A stretch of 64,000 nucleotides of DNA from Clostridia bacterium (GTDB lineage Bacteria > Bacillota > Clostridia > Oscillospirales > CAG-272). Each line of letters opens with the position of its first letter. Positions within the stretch are counted from its first letter, which is position 1. Position numbers and translations under genes: made by a program. This document shows positions 37,887-47,419 of the stretch, piece after piece. The notes under the pieces are model-generated. The model did not search any database and had not been told where the DNA came from. It saw only the letters and a program-made list of their open reading frames with translations. The DNA is taken from contig JAFURQ010000007.1 in assembly GCA_017471825.1 (NCBI GenBank), positions 28,036 to 92,035 of the forward strand, in the 5' to 3' direction.

Positions 37887-39389
37887 ATGAAAACACTCAA
37901 CTTGTCAATTTACGAGCTTGTTAACTATGCAATATCAAAAGGGCTCATAGAGCGCTGTGACAAATGCTATGCGGTGTCCTCGGTGATGGAGCTTTTTAGT
38001 ATCTCCTCAATAGACGAAAAATGTGACACGGGTGCGGTCTGCCGCCCCATCTCCGAGATTCTCGACTCTCTTTGCGACTGTGCGGGGAAGCTTGGAATAA
38101 TTGACGGAGAAAGCATTACGGAAAGAGATCTTTTCGACACAAAAATAATGGGAAGGCTCACTCCCCGTCCGTCAGAGGTTATAAGGGTATTCAAGGAGCT
38201 TTACACCGCCTCTCCCGAGCGTGCGACCGACTACTTTTACTCACTCGCGATAGATTCCAACTATATAAGAGAGGACAGAATAAAGCGCGACCTGAGGTGG
38301 CGCGTCAGCTCCGAGTACGGAGATATTGATATATCCATAAATCTCTCGAAGCCTGAGAAGGATCCCAAGGCGATAGCGGCGGCAAGGCTTTTGCCGCAGA
38401 ATGACTATCCGAAGTGCGCGCTTTGCCACGAAAACGAGGGCTATGCGGGAACTGTTTCCAAGCCTGCGCGCCAGAATCTGCGCCAGATACCCTTTACAAT
38501 GAACGGCGAGGAGTGGTATCTCCAGTATTCGCCATACGTTTATTACAACGAGCACTGCATCGCTCTGTCGGCGAAGCACTCCCCCATGAAGATAGACCGC
38601 TCCACGTTTGTGAAGCTGTTGGGCTTCGTTACCGAGTTCCCTCATTATTTCATCGGCTCAAACGCCGACCTCAAAATTGTCGGCGGCTCAATTCTCTCAC
38701 ACGATCATATGCAGGGCGGAAAATGCGTTTTTCCAATGGAGAGAGCGCCGATTGATACAGAGCTTGAATTTCCGCGTTATCCCACGGTAGCGGCAGGTAT
38801 TGTCAAGTGGCCGATGTCGGTCATCAGGCTTCGTTCGCGTGACACGGGTGCGCTCGTTTCTCTCGCTGACGAGATACTCGCCGCCTGGCGAGGATACACC
38901 GATGCCGATGCCTTTGTTTTTGCCGAAACCGACGGTGAGCCGCACAACACCATAACCCCCATAGCTCGAAGAAGGGGTGAGGAATACGAGCTCGATCTCG
39001 TGCTTCGAAACAATATAACAACAGACGAGCATCCGCTGGGCGTATACCACCCTCACGCCGAGCGACATAATATAAAAAAGGAAAACATCGGACTTATCGA
39101 GGTTATGGGTCTTGCCGTGCTTCCTGCTCGGTTAAAGAATGAAATGGCGCTCATGAAGCGCGCTATACTCTCGGGTGAGGATATAGACTCCGTACCCGAT
39201 ATTGCAAAGCACAAGGCGTGGCTCGACACCTTCTTAGGTAAATACAGCTTCACCGAGGAGAATACCGAGCAAATCATAAGGCAAGAGATTGGAAAAACCT
39301 TTGTAGAGGTTCTTTCGGATGCCGGTGTTTACAAGGACACTCCCGAGGGAAGAGCCGCTTTCCTTAAATTTATAAAAACTGTTCGATAA
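37887..39389 (+). CDS. galT: Galactose-1-phosphate uridylyltransferase (Gram-positive type II)
   Basis: INLSKPEKDP, YPKCALC.ENEGY, GSNADL.IVGGSILSHDHMQGG, KKENIGLIEVMG. Confidence 0.95.
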   Translation: MKTLNLSIYELVNYAISKGLIERCDKCYAVSSVMELFSISSIDEKCDTGAVCRPISEILDSLCDCAGKLGIIDGESITERDLFDTKIMGRLTPRPSEVIRVFKELYTASPERATDYFYSLAIDSNYIREDRIKRDLRWRVSSEYGDIDISINLSKPEKDPKAIAAARLLPQNDYPKCALCHENEGYAGTVSKPARQNLRQIPFTMNGEEWYLQYSPYVYYNEHCIALSAKHSPMKIDRSTFVKLLGFVTEFPHYFIGSNADLKIVGGSILSHDHMQGGKCVFPMERAPIDTELEFPRYPTVAAGIVKWPMSVIRLRSRDTGALVSLADEILAAWRGYTDADAFVFAETDGEPHNTITPIARRRGEEYELDLVLRNNITTDEHPLGVYHPHAERHNIKKENIGLIEVMGLAVLPARLKNEMALMKRAILSGEDIDSVPDIAKHKAWLDTFLGKYSFTEENTEQIIRQEIGKTFVEVLSDAGVYKDTPEGRAAFLKFIKTVR

Positions 39390-39406
39390 AGAAACGGAGT
39401 AAGACT

Positions 39407-40351
39407 ATGAAATCTGCATACGATGGCAAGGAGCCATATATTTTCATAAGCTATTCACACAGAGATACGGATATTGTCTACCAAGTTATAGATTACCTAA
39501 CAGACCGCGGATTCCGCGTCTGGTATGACGGCGGAATCGAGGCAGGAAGCGAATGGCCCGAATACGTAGCATCACATCTTCGCGGAAGCAATTGCGTGCT
39601 TTCCTTTGTTTCGAAAAATTTCGTTGCTTCCAAAAACTGCAGAAGAGAGCTTAATTTCGCACAGGACCTCGAAAAGCCGATGCTCAACGTTTTCATAGAG
39701 GACACAGAACTTTCAGACGGAATGAAAATGCAGCTCGGACTCAATCAGGCGGTTTTCAGATGGAAATTCCCCACCGATGAGGACTTTTTCGAGGCTATTG
39801 CGTGTGCAAAAATCGTTGAGGCGTGCCGCTCATATACCAAGGACCCCGAGGATGCAATCACAGTAAGCATACCCCAGACGATGATCGACGATCTCAAAAA
39901 GGATGAGACACCGATCGCTAAGGAGGAGCCGGCTCCGCAGCAGACCACCTACGACAAGCGCGCATACGCCAAGGTAACTGCTCTGTCCTGGATATGCGGA
40001 CTTATTGCCTTTTCATACGCGGCACTTGAGCCGTGGGTTATGCATTTAGCAACGGGCAATTACATAAACGTTGTTCTGCTGATACTGTTTACCGCGCTCC
40101 CCGCTCCCCTGCTCTGCGTGCTTGCAAGAGTTATCTATTCGGCAGGCTCCAAATCGTTAGGCAGTAACTCGCGCAAGGAGATTTCGGATGCGATAGCAGC
40201 AGGCTGGCTCATCAGCTTTGTAGTCGTGCTCGTCGCGTGTCCCTTCTTCGTTCATACGACCTCAAGCGTTATATTGAAGATACTCATTTCTCTCGGTCTT
40301 AATGCTCTGCCGTTTATTATCTCGGCAATGATTCTTCCGACCGACAGCTAA
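39407..40351 (+). CDS. TIR-domain protein with about four C-terminal transmembrane helices
   Basis: YIFISYSHRD, GFRVWYDGGIEAG, S.NF..S.NCRRELNFA; hydrophobic C-terminal third. Confidence 0.85.
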   Translation: MKSAYDGKEPYIFISYSHRDTDIVYQVIDYLTDRGFRVWYDGGIEAGSEWPEYVASHLRGSNCVLSFVSKNFVASKNCRRELNFAQDLEKPMLNVFIEDTELSDGMKMQLGLNQAVFRWKFPTDEDFFEAIACAKIVEACRSYTKDPEDAITVSIPQTMIDDLKKDETPIAKEEPAPQQTTYDKRAYAKVTALSWICGLIAFSYAALEPWVMHLATGNYINVVLLILFTALPAPLLCVLARVIYSAGSKSLGSNSRKEISDAIAAGWLISFVVVLVACPFFVHTTSSVILKILISLGLNALPFIISAMILPTDS

Positions 40352-40352
40352 T

Positions 40353-40383
40353 AAAAAAGCCTTCCGTGCAGGAAGGCTTTTTT
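40353..40383. terminator. Bidirectional terminator
   Basis: AAAAAAGCCTTCC-gtgca-GGAAGGCTTTTT. Confidence 0.8.
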
Positions 40384-41350
40384 ATTTCAACGTAGAATAT
40401 ACAGCGGTAAAGACCTCGTCGTAGGTCGTGGAGACGTTTATCGCCGCGCGAAGCTCTGCGGCACCGCGGAAGCCCTTGAAATACTGGGCTATTTGCTTGC
40501 GTGCCTCGCGGACAGCACATTCCTCACCTTTTTCCGAAACTGCGTACGAAAGCTGCTTCAAGGCGACTTCAATACGCATATCGAGTGTCGGCTCGGTGTA
40601 CGTATCACCGCTTAAAAAGGAGATTATCTCCGAAAAAACAAACGGATTTCCAACTGCTCCTCTGCCTATGGCGATACCGTCAGCCCCCGTCTGCCGAAGC
40701 ACACGCGCCGCATCGGCGGCAGATGTGATATCTCCGTTTGCAACAACGGGAATTTGCAAAGCTTTCTTTACTTTTTCAATCTCGGTCATGTTGGCTTCAC
40801 CTGCGTATAATTGCACACGGGTGCGACCGTGTACTGTCAAGAGGGTGGCACCGCCCTCCTCTGCCGCCTTCGCGCATTCAAGCACGTTTACGTGTGCGGA
40901 ATCCACGCCAAGACGCATTTTTACGGTGCAGGGCAGCTCTATTGCCGCGCTTACGCTCCTCACTATATCGTATATAAGCTCGGGGCTTTTCATAAGGGCG
41001 CTTCCCTCTCCGTTATTAAAAACTTTGGGCACGGGGCAGCCCATATTTATATCTATCGCAACCGGCGCCACGCCATCTCCTACAGGGGCGCAGAGCCGCG
41101 CCGCCGCCTCTGCCATAATAGCAGGCTCAGAGCCGAATATCTGAAGCGCAACCGGTCCCTCGTCCCTAGTTATTTTGGCAAGCGTCAAAGTCTTTTTATC
41201 CTCGTATACCACTGCTCTTGCACTGACCATTTCGGTCACCGAGTATTCACAGCCGTGCTCGCGGCATATTCTGCGCATTGCATAATCCGAAAATCCCGCC
41301 ATAGGAGCGAGCATAAGACCGTATTTAAGCTCCACGTTTCCTATTTTCAT
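40382..41350 (-). CDS. dusB: tRNA-dihydrouridine synthase B
   Basis: LAPMAG, IDINMGCP, VHGRT, ANGDI, IGRGA.GNP. Confidence 0.94.
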   Translation of the reverse strand: MKIGNVELKYGLMLAPMAGFSDYAMRRICREHGCEYSVTEMVSARAVVYEDKKTLTLAKITRDEGPVALQIFGSEPAIMAEAAARLCAPVGDGVAPVAIDINMGCPVPKVFNNGEGSALMKSPELIYDIVRSVSAAIELPCTVKMRLGVDSAHVNVLECAKAAEEGGATLLTVHGRTRVQLYAGEANMTEIEKVKKALQIPVVANGDITSAADAARVLRQTGADGIAIGRGAVGNPFVFSEIISFLSGDTYTEPTLDMRIEVALKQLSYAVSEKGEECAVREARKQIAQYFKGFRGAAELRAAINVSTTYDEVFTAVYSTLK

Positions 41351-41429
41351 ATCTTTACCGTCTTCTTTTTGAATTTGTACCTTGTCTAATTATACTATAT
41401 CCGTTTTCCTTTTTCAAGTACCCGCCCTA

Positions 41430-41458
41430 TTGACATTTTTTTCTGAATGTAGTATAAT
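41430..41458 (+). promoter_or_regulatory. Consensus sigma-A promoter
   Basis: TTGACA-17 nt-TATAAT. Confidence 0.75.
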
Positions 41459-41489
41459 AATTATAATTTGTTGAAAAGAGGTTTTCTAT

Positions 41490-43217
41490 ATGGCTAAAAA
41501 AATCATTGCGCTGATTGTTTTCGCGTGTACGCTGCTCACGTTGCTCGTGCCCGTGTCATTCGCCGCCGATGAGTCATCAACCACTCCCATTTCCGCGGAG
41601 ATTGCCGAGGTCTACGGTGGACGCGACGGAATGATTTCAATGACGTTTGACGACGGATATTATGAAACCGCCGTGCTTTTGCAAGAGCTTTTTGAGCAGT
41701 ATGATCTTTACGGCTCTCTTATGCTGATAACACAATATACAAAGCTGACCGGTACCGGTTCACAGTACGGATCGGTAGAGGGCTTGTCCGCTCTTTTTGA
41801 GCAGGGAAGGCTCGAGCCTCAGAACCATTCATACAGCCATACAAGGCTTGACTCTACGGGTGATCCCAATGATCAAACAGAGGCTGTTTTTGAGCGCGAA
41901 ATGCTTGATTCCAAGACAACGCTTGAAGAATACTTCCCCGATTACGATTTTATAAGCTTTGCAATTCCCTACGGCTCAATGACCGATGCCGCGCACCAGT
42001 ACGGCAACCCCATTTACTACGCGCTACGTACAACCGGAATCGGCGTTCAGTCGCTTGACCCCGGTTTCTCAAACTCGTACGGAAGCTGGAACAAAATGTA
42101 CTCCCCCGGAGTTATGCAGCCTCAATATAGAGAGGATCCCGACGCGCAGTGGACCTGGATAAAGAAGTGTATTGATGACGCAGCAAACAGCTGGTATCTG
42201 CCGATAATACACAGAGTCGGCGACGTTGAAAATACCGACCTGCCTCTTGAGGTGGCTCATAAAATGTTCTCATACATTTCCGATCTTCAAACAGAGGGCA
42301 AGGTATGGGTAACCACCTACTCCAACGCGATCAAGTACGTGCGCGAAAGACAAAATTCCTATGCTCAGGCATGGGAAGAGGACGGAGTTATCCACCTTCG
42401 CGTCACTATGAACGAATATACCGAGGACAACAAGCCCCTTCCTCTCGACGTGTTTAACCATCCTCTTACCGTTAAGGTGAACGTGCCCAGCAGCTACGGC
42501 ACCGTCCGCTATACCATAGATGGAGTGGAGCACACCGCGAAAGCCTTCTCCGAGGGTGATGAAAACTACGTTTACGTTAACGTACGCCCCGACGGTAGCG
42601 ACATAAAGCTCAGAATTGACTCAACTCACACCTACGGCGAATGGACAAAGCACGACGCAGACTATCACGAAAGAGTCTGCACCGACTGTGGCGTGCTGAA
42701 CTACGGCGCACACAACTGGGATGAGGGCACGGTTGTCGAGGAAGCCACCTGCATGGACGAGGGCTTAAAGATATGCACCTGCCTTGACTGCGGCGAAACG
42801 TCCGAAAGAACCGTCGACACGAACGATAACCATAGCTTCACTGTCGAAAGAAAAACCGCCGCTTACAGAGCCGAAGAAGCTAACTGTCAGCACGGCGATA
42901 TTTACTATTACTCCTGCGCCTGCGGTGAAAAGGGTACTGAAACCTTTGAGAGCGGCAAAAAGGAAGAACACGAGTTCGGCAAATGGAAGTATCCAAAGCC
43001 CGCTACCGAGACCGAGGACGGCTACAAGGAAAGAGTCTGTGAATACGGTTGCGGTGAATTCGAGCGCGAGGTTATACCTAAAACAGGAACCTCGGACACA
43101 GAACCCAAGAATACTATGACGACGGTTATCATAATAGCCGCAGGCGCCGTAGTGCTTGTCGGTGCCGCTGTCGTCACAATCGTAATAGTTAAAAAGAAGA
43201 AAAAGACTGCCGAATAA
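41490..43217 (+). CDS. Surface polysaccharide deacetylase (CE4/NodB-like) with Cys/His-rich repeats and C-terminal anchor
   Basis: Signal peptide; SMTFDDG, NHSYSH, FAIPYG; 'ATC..EG....C..CG' repeats; TM followed by KKKKK. Confidence 0.8.
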   Translation: MAKKIIALIVFACTLLTLLVPVSFAADESSTTPISAEIAEVYGGRDGMISMTFDDGYYETAVLLQELFEQYDLYGSLMLITQYTKLTGTGSQYGSVEGLSALFEQGRLEPQNHSYSHTRLDSTGDPNDQTEAVFEREMLDSKTTLEEYFPDYDFISFAIPYGSMTDAAHQYGNPIYYALRTTGIGVQSLDPGFSNSYGSWNKMYSPGVMQPQYREDPDAQWTWIKKCIDDAANSWYLPIIHRVGDVENTDLPLEVAHKMFSYISDLQTEGKVWVTTYSNAIKYVRERQNSYAQAWEEDGVIHLRVTMNEYTEDNKPLPLDVFNHPLTVKVNVPSSYGTVRYTIDGVEHTAKAFSEGDENYVYVNVRPDGSDIKLRIDSTHTYGEWTKHDADYHERVCTDCGVLNYGAHNWDEGTVVEEATCMDEGLKICTCLDCGETSERTVDTNDNHSFTVERKTAAYRAEEANCQHGDIYYYSCACGEKGTETFESGKKEEHEFGKWKYPKPATETEDGYKERVCEYGCGEFEREVIPKTGTSDTEPKNTMTTVIIIAAGAVVLVGAAVVTIVIVKKKKKTAE

Positions 43218-43247
43218 GATACTCGGGCAAAAATCTATACCGCAAAC

Positions 43248-43278
43248 AAAAACCTCCCTTTGCAAAGGGAGGTTTTTT
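43248..43278. terminator. Bidirectional terminator
   Basis: AAAAACCTCCCTT-tgca-AAGGGAGGTTTTT. Confidence 0.8.
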
Positions 43279-43280
43279 AT

Positions 43281-45455
43281 TTAAAGGTGAAGCACTCTGT
43301 CCCTTATTTCGGACGTTCTGCCCTGGTTCCAATACTGTGTGCCGATGTATCCGCAGGTACGTCTGGCAACGTTCATTTTCGCCTGATCGCGATTTTTGCA
43401 GTTGGGACATTCCCAAACGAGCTTGCCGTCCTCGTCCTCAACAACGAGAATCTCTCCGTCGTAGCCGCAGACGTGGCAGTAGTCGCTCTTGGTGTTGAGC
43501 TCGGCGTACATTATGTTGTCGTATATAAACTCCATAACGCCAAGCACCGCGTCAAGATTGTTCTGCATATCGGGAACCTCGACGTAGGAAATAGCGCCTC
43601 CGGGCGAGAGAGCCTGGAATTTCGCCTCAAGGGTGAGCTTGTCAAACGCGTCAATCGGCTCGGTTACATGAACGTGATAGGAGTTCGTTATATACTGCTT
43701 GTCGGTGACGCCCTCAATGACTCCGAAGCGGCTCTGAAGGCATTTTGCAAATTTGTACGTAGTGCTTTCAAGGGGTGTGCCGTAAAGTGAATAGTCAATA
43801 TTCTCCTCTGCCTTCCACTTCGCAGTATAGGAGTTGAGCATTCTCATAATTTCAAGGCCGAGCTCCTCGCCCTCCGGCTCTGTAAGCTTTTTGCCCGAAA
43901 GCGCGTACACGCACTCCCAGAGGCCCGCATAGCCGAGAGAAAGGGTGGAATATCCGCCAAAGAGGTATTTGTCAATAACCTCTCCCTTGGGGAGTCTTGT
44001 AAGCGCGCCGTACTGCCAGAGTATCGGTGCGGCATCCGAAAGGGTTCCGAGCAGGCGCTCGTGACGTGCGCGAAGCGCTCTGTGGCAAAGGCGCATACGG
44101 TCGTCAAACACCGCACGGAATTTCGCCATATCGCCCTCGGCGGTAAGCGCGATATCAACGAGGTTGACAGTAACGACGCCCTGATTGAATCTGCCGTAAT
44201 ACTTGGGCTTGCCGTCCTCGTCAACGTAGGGGGTGAGGAAGCTGCGGCAGCCCATACAGGTGTAGCAATGTCCCTCTCCGTTTTTGTCTATCTTGTTCTG
44301 AAGCATTATCTTTTCCGAAATATAATCGGGCACCATACGCTTTGCGGTGCATTTTGCCGCAAGCTTGGTGAGATAATAGTACTTCGAGCCCTCGCGGACG
44401 TTATCCTCCTCGAGAACGTAGATGAGCTTGGGGAATGCGGGAGTTATCCACACGCCCGACTCGTTTTTAACGCCCTGACAGCGCTGCTCGAGCGTTTCCT
44501 CTATTATGAGAGCAAGGTCCTCGCGCTCGCGCTCGTTCTTTGCCTCGCCAAGATACATAAATACGGTGATAAAGGGAGCCTGTCCGTTCGTGGTAAGAAG
44601 GGTTACTACCTGATACTGTATGCACTGAACTCCGCGATTTATTTCCTCGCGAAGTCTTGATTCGGCTATCTTATTTACTGCCGCCTCGTCCTCGACGCCG
44701 ATTTCTGCAAGCTCGCGCTTTACAGACTCGCGGATCTTTTTGCGGCTGATGTCAACGAAGGGAGCAAGATGTGTAAGGCTTATCGACTGACCGCCGTATT
44801 GGTTAGAGGCAACCTGCGCTATTATCTGCGTAGCAATGTTGCAGGCGGTGGAAAAGCTGTGCGGCTTCTCTATCATTGTTCCGCTGATTACCGTTCCGTT
44901 CTGAAGCATATCCTCAAGGTTTACGAGGTCGCAGTTGTGCATATGCTGTGCGAAATAGTCGGCATCGTGGAAATGAATGAGTCCTTCCTCGTGTGCCTTA
45001 ACTATCTCCTCGGGGAGAAGTATTCTGCGCGTAATATCCTTCGAAACCTCGCCTGCCATATAGTCACGCTGAACGCTGTTGACGGTGGGGTTCTTGTTTG
45101 AGTTTTCCTGCTTTACCTCCTCGTTATTGCACTCGATAAGCGAGAGGATTTTCTCATCGGTTGTATTGGATTTTCTTATCAGAGCTCTCTTGTAGCGATA
45201 GGTTATGTATGCCTTTGCAAGCACAAAGGCGCCGAGGCGCATAATCTCCTCCTCGACCATATCCTGAACCTCCTCCACGCTGACAGCGCGGCGAAGCTTT
45301 TCGCATTTTTTCTCTACTCTGTCGGTGATTTTTTTGATTTCACCTTCCGAAATTTTATCGGCATCCTCTACCGCGGTGTTCGCGTTTACAAGAGCCGCGT
45401 ATATTTTTTCCCTGTCGAAAACCACTTCGGTTCCGCTTCTTTTTATAAGCTTCAT
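43281..45455 (-). CDS. nrdD: Anaerobic (class III) ribonucleoside-triphosphate reductase with ATP cone
   Basis: IKRSG ATP cone, HNCDL, MGCRSFL, GTPLES, CxxC...CPNC, glycyl loop RRTCGYIG. Confidence 0.95.
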   Translation of the reverse strand: MKLIKRSGTEVVFDREKIYAALVNANTAVEDADKISEGEIKKITDRVEKKCEKLRRAVSVEEVQDMVEEEIMRLGAFVLAKAYITYRYKRALIRKSNTTDEKILSLIECNNEEVKQENSNKNPTVNSVQRDYMAGEVSKDITRRILLPEEIVKAHEEGLIHFHDADYFAQHMHNCDLVNLEDMLQNGTVISGTMIEKPHSFSTACNIATQIIAQVASNQYGGQSISLTHLAPFVDISRKKIRESVKRELAEIGVEDEAAVNKIAESRLREEINRGVQCIQYQVVTLLTTNGQAPFITVFMYLGEAKNEREREDLALIIEETLEQRCQGVKNESGVWITPAFPKLIYVLEEDNVREGSKYYYLTKLAAKCTAKRMVPDYISEKIMLQNKIDKNGEGHCYTCMGCRSFLTPYVDEDGKPKYYGRFNQGVVTVNLVDIALTAEGDMAKFRAVFDDRMRLCHRALRARHERLLGTLSDAAPILWQYGALTRLPKGEVIDKYLFGGYSTLSLGYAGLWECVYALSGKKLTEPEGEELGLEIMRMLNSYTAKWKAEENIDYSLYGTPLESTTYKFAKCLQSRFGVIEGVTDKQYITNSYHVHVTEPIDAFDKLTLEAKFQALSPGGAISYVEVPDMQNNLDAVLGVMEFIYDNIMYAELNTKSDYCHVCGYDGEILVVEDEDGKLVWECPNCKNRDQAKMNVARRTCGYIGTQYWNQGRTSEIRDRVLHL

Positions 45456-45512
45456 ATCAATTTTCTTACCTTATTTTTCTACTTGTTATTTTGTGAGTGC
45501 GAGAAACATTAT

Positions 45513-45560
45513 ACACTATATCTTGTATAAAAGTCAATAGTAAAAACCAATATATTGTGT
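45513..45560 (-). promoter_or_regulatory. Two NrdR boxes at the nrdD promoter
   Basis: ACACTATATCTTGTAT (45513) and AACCAATATATTGTGT (45545), 32 bp apart, resemble acaCwAtATaTwGtgt; the first lies between minus-strand TTGACT and TATAAT. Confidence 0.75.
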
Positions 45561-45622
45561 TTTTTGGGGTGAAGATTTTTGTAGAAAAAAATCGCATAAA
45601 TTTGTTTATTTTACCGATTGAC

Positions 45623-45654
45623 AAAAAAACAGGCACTGAACAGTGCCTGTTTTT
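45623..45654 (-). terminator. Terminator after the XRE gene
   Basis: AAAAACAGGCACTG-aa-CAGTGCCTGTTTTT. Confidence 0.75.
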
Positions 45655-45664
45655 ACAAATATTT

Positions 45665-45883
45665 TCATTTAATCTTTCTCGGTGTGTCGATAAATCCCGC
45701 AAGATAATCAAGAGAAACGTTATAGTATTTTGCCAAAGCAACCATACGGTCAAACGGAATAGCTCTTTTGCCATTTTCATACTGCGCGTAATAGGATTGG
45801 CTGGTACCTATAATTTTTGCAATCTCTGCCTGACTCTTATCAGAATCCTCTCGCAGATCCTTTAGTCTTTGATATACGCTCAT
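45665..45883 (-). CDS. Small XRE-family HTH regulator
   Basis: RLKDLRED...SQAEIA..IG.SQS.Y..YENGKR...LAKYYNVSLDYL. Confidence 0.9.
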   Translation of the reverse strand: MSVYQRLKDLREDSDKSQAEIAKIIGTSQSYYAQYENGKRAIPFDRMVALAKYYNVSLDYLAGFIDTPRKIK

Positions 45884-45912
45884 TTTCTACCACCACGTGC
45901 TTTTTTGAAAAT

Positions 45913-45989
45913 TATAGCATAAATGAACTAAAAAGGGTTGACTTTAGTTCGCATTTGAACTATAATATATTTAGTTCACTTTTAAACTA
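45913..45989 (+). promoter_or_regulatory. Promoter with palindromic operators between the XRE gene and the divergent gene
   Basis: TTGACT(45938)-17-TATAAT(45961); TAGTTC-N6-GAACTA in the spacer (45945), TAGTTC-N6-AAACTA (45972), half site GAACTA (45925). Confidence 0.75.
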
Positions 45990-46007
45990 CAAACAAAGGA
46001 AGAAAAA

Positions 46008-46280
46008 ATGAGAGAAACACTTGAAAAGCTATGGAACGAATATTTTTCAGACGAATGTGCCGTAATCGATACGGACGAAGAACGAAAATTAACGAAAAAG
46101 GCGGTAGAAATGCACGAAAAAGCAAATGCTTTACTTAACAAAGAACAAGAGGATGCCATAGAAAAATACATCGACTCCTTGTGCGACATTGAAGCACACT
46201 TTGTTAAAAAGGCGTTTTTTAAGGGGTGTGAATTTGCAATCTCGTTTCTCGCAGAAACGGGAAATTTATGGAATGCTTAA
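46008..46280 (+). CDS. Small helical hypothetical protein (DUF6809-like)
   Basis: 90 aa; 'L.KLW...E.......L...L..EQ......Y.D.......F.KG...A..F..E' pattern; family name from memory. Confidence 0.55.
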   Translation: MRETLEKLWNEYFSDECAVIDTDEERKLTKKAVEMHEKANALLNKEQEDAIEKYIDSLCDIEAHFVKKAFFKGCEFAISFLAETGNLWNA

Positions 46281-47395
46281 ACGGTACTATCTCTTCCGAA
46301 TTTTCTATCAAGAAATTCTATATACGCATCCCAATCGGCAGGGTCAAGAAAATGCACTCCGCCGCGAAGCTGATATCCAACGTCTCCGTCATAAAATCGC
46401 TCGCCTGCCTCGGGCATTCTGTCGGGGCATACAAGCCCTCTGCCGCCGAGGAGCTCCCAAGCGCGAGAGGCATTCAGCGTTGTCAGAAATTCCGCCTTGG
46501 GATCCGCACCCCTGTCAAGCGTTGCCGAGCCGACGCACAGATAGCGCGGCGCGATAAGCGCAAGCAAAAGGCTCTGGTCATACGGCTTTCTGTCCTCGCC
46601 GTCGCCGGTATAATCCTTGAAGCGCTCGCAGAACCAATCCCAGCTGCCCGAGCGAAGAAAATCGGTAATTCTCTCTCCCGCGCCGTGCCGTGAGGATGCC
46701 GCGCCGCCATATCCCGAATCGTTTGAAATTGCGGCGGCAAAGCGCTCGTCCTGCGCGGCGCACCAAAGCGCAGTTTTACCAAGCCTTGAATGCCCTATAA
46801 CAGCGACGCGCGCGGTGTCAACGTCGTGACGAGATTCTATCATATAGTCAAGCACGCGGCTTGCGCCGTATGCCCACATTCCTATCTTGCCCCACTCCTC
46901 ACGACCTCTTTTTTCATCGGTGCCGAAATGCTCGGCTATTCCGCCGGAAAAATCGCCGAAGTGGTCATCGTTCATCATATCGGTATACACCACGACGCAA
47001 AGAGCATAGCCTGCGGCGGTTATTTTTTCTACGGGTATATATTTGTCGGGGACGGGTCTGAATGCGATATGTAAAAATACAGGCGGCTTTTCCTCTCCCT
47101 TTGGAATAAAAAACTCCACGGGAAAGCTCGTTTTTCCTCGCTCTGTTTCAAAAAACAGTCTGACGCGCTCTCGAAAAACCCGACCGTCATAGGCATCGTT
47201 TGAGATGAGCTCACTCTCGCCCCACACTCTGACGGGGATGCGCGGAGTTTTTCCGTAGGAATAGCGTTCAAGCAGCTCCGTCATTTCCTGTCTGTGCTCC
47301 GCCCATTCCTCGCGGGCTACGGGTCTACCGTCTGCGGTCTGCAAAACGGACGGATATTCTCTTTTTTGAATTTCATCAGTCAAAAGGGTTGCCAT
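46277..47395 (-). CDS. CE15 glucuronoyl-esterase-like alpha/beta hydrolase, no signal peptide
   Basis: WGKIGMWAYGASRVLDY, GHSRLGK nucleophile, SGYGGAA, LIAPR, ADPKAE. Confidence 0.82.
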   Translation of the reverse strand: MATLLTDEIQKREYPSVLQTADGRPVAREEWAEHRQEMTELLERYSYGKTPRIPVRVWGESELISNDAYDGRVFRERVRLFFETERGKTSFPVEFFIPKGEEKPPVFLHIAFRPVPDKYIPVEKITAAGYALCVVVYTDMMNDDHFGDFSGGIAEHFGTDEKRGREEWGKIGMWAYGASRVLDYMIESRHDVDTARVAVIGHSRLGKTALWCAAQDERFAAAISNDSGYGGAASSRHGAGERITDFLRSGSWDWFCERFKDYTGDGEDRKPYDQSLLLALIAPRYLCVGSATLDRGADPKAEFLTTLNASRAWELLGGRGLVCPDRMPEAGERFYDGDVGYQLRGGVHFLDPADWDAYIEFLDRKFGRDSTV

Positions 47396-47419
47396 TTTAA
47401 TTTCCTTCCCCCAATATTC

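Noticed and set aside
43281-45455. nrdD without an adjacent nrdG as a novelty
   Set aside because: The activase gene is often located elsewhere; cannot be judged from one window
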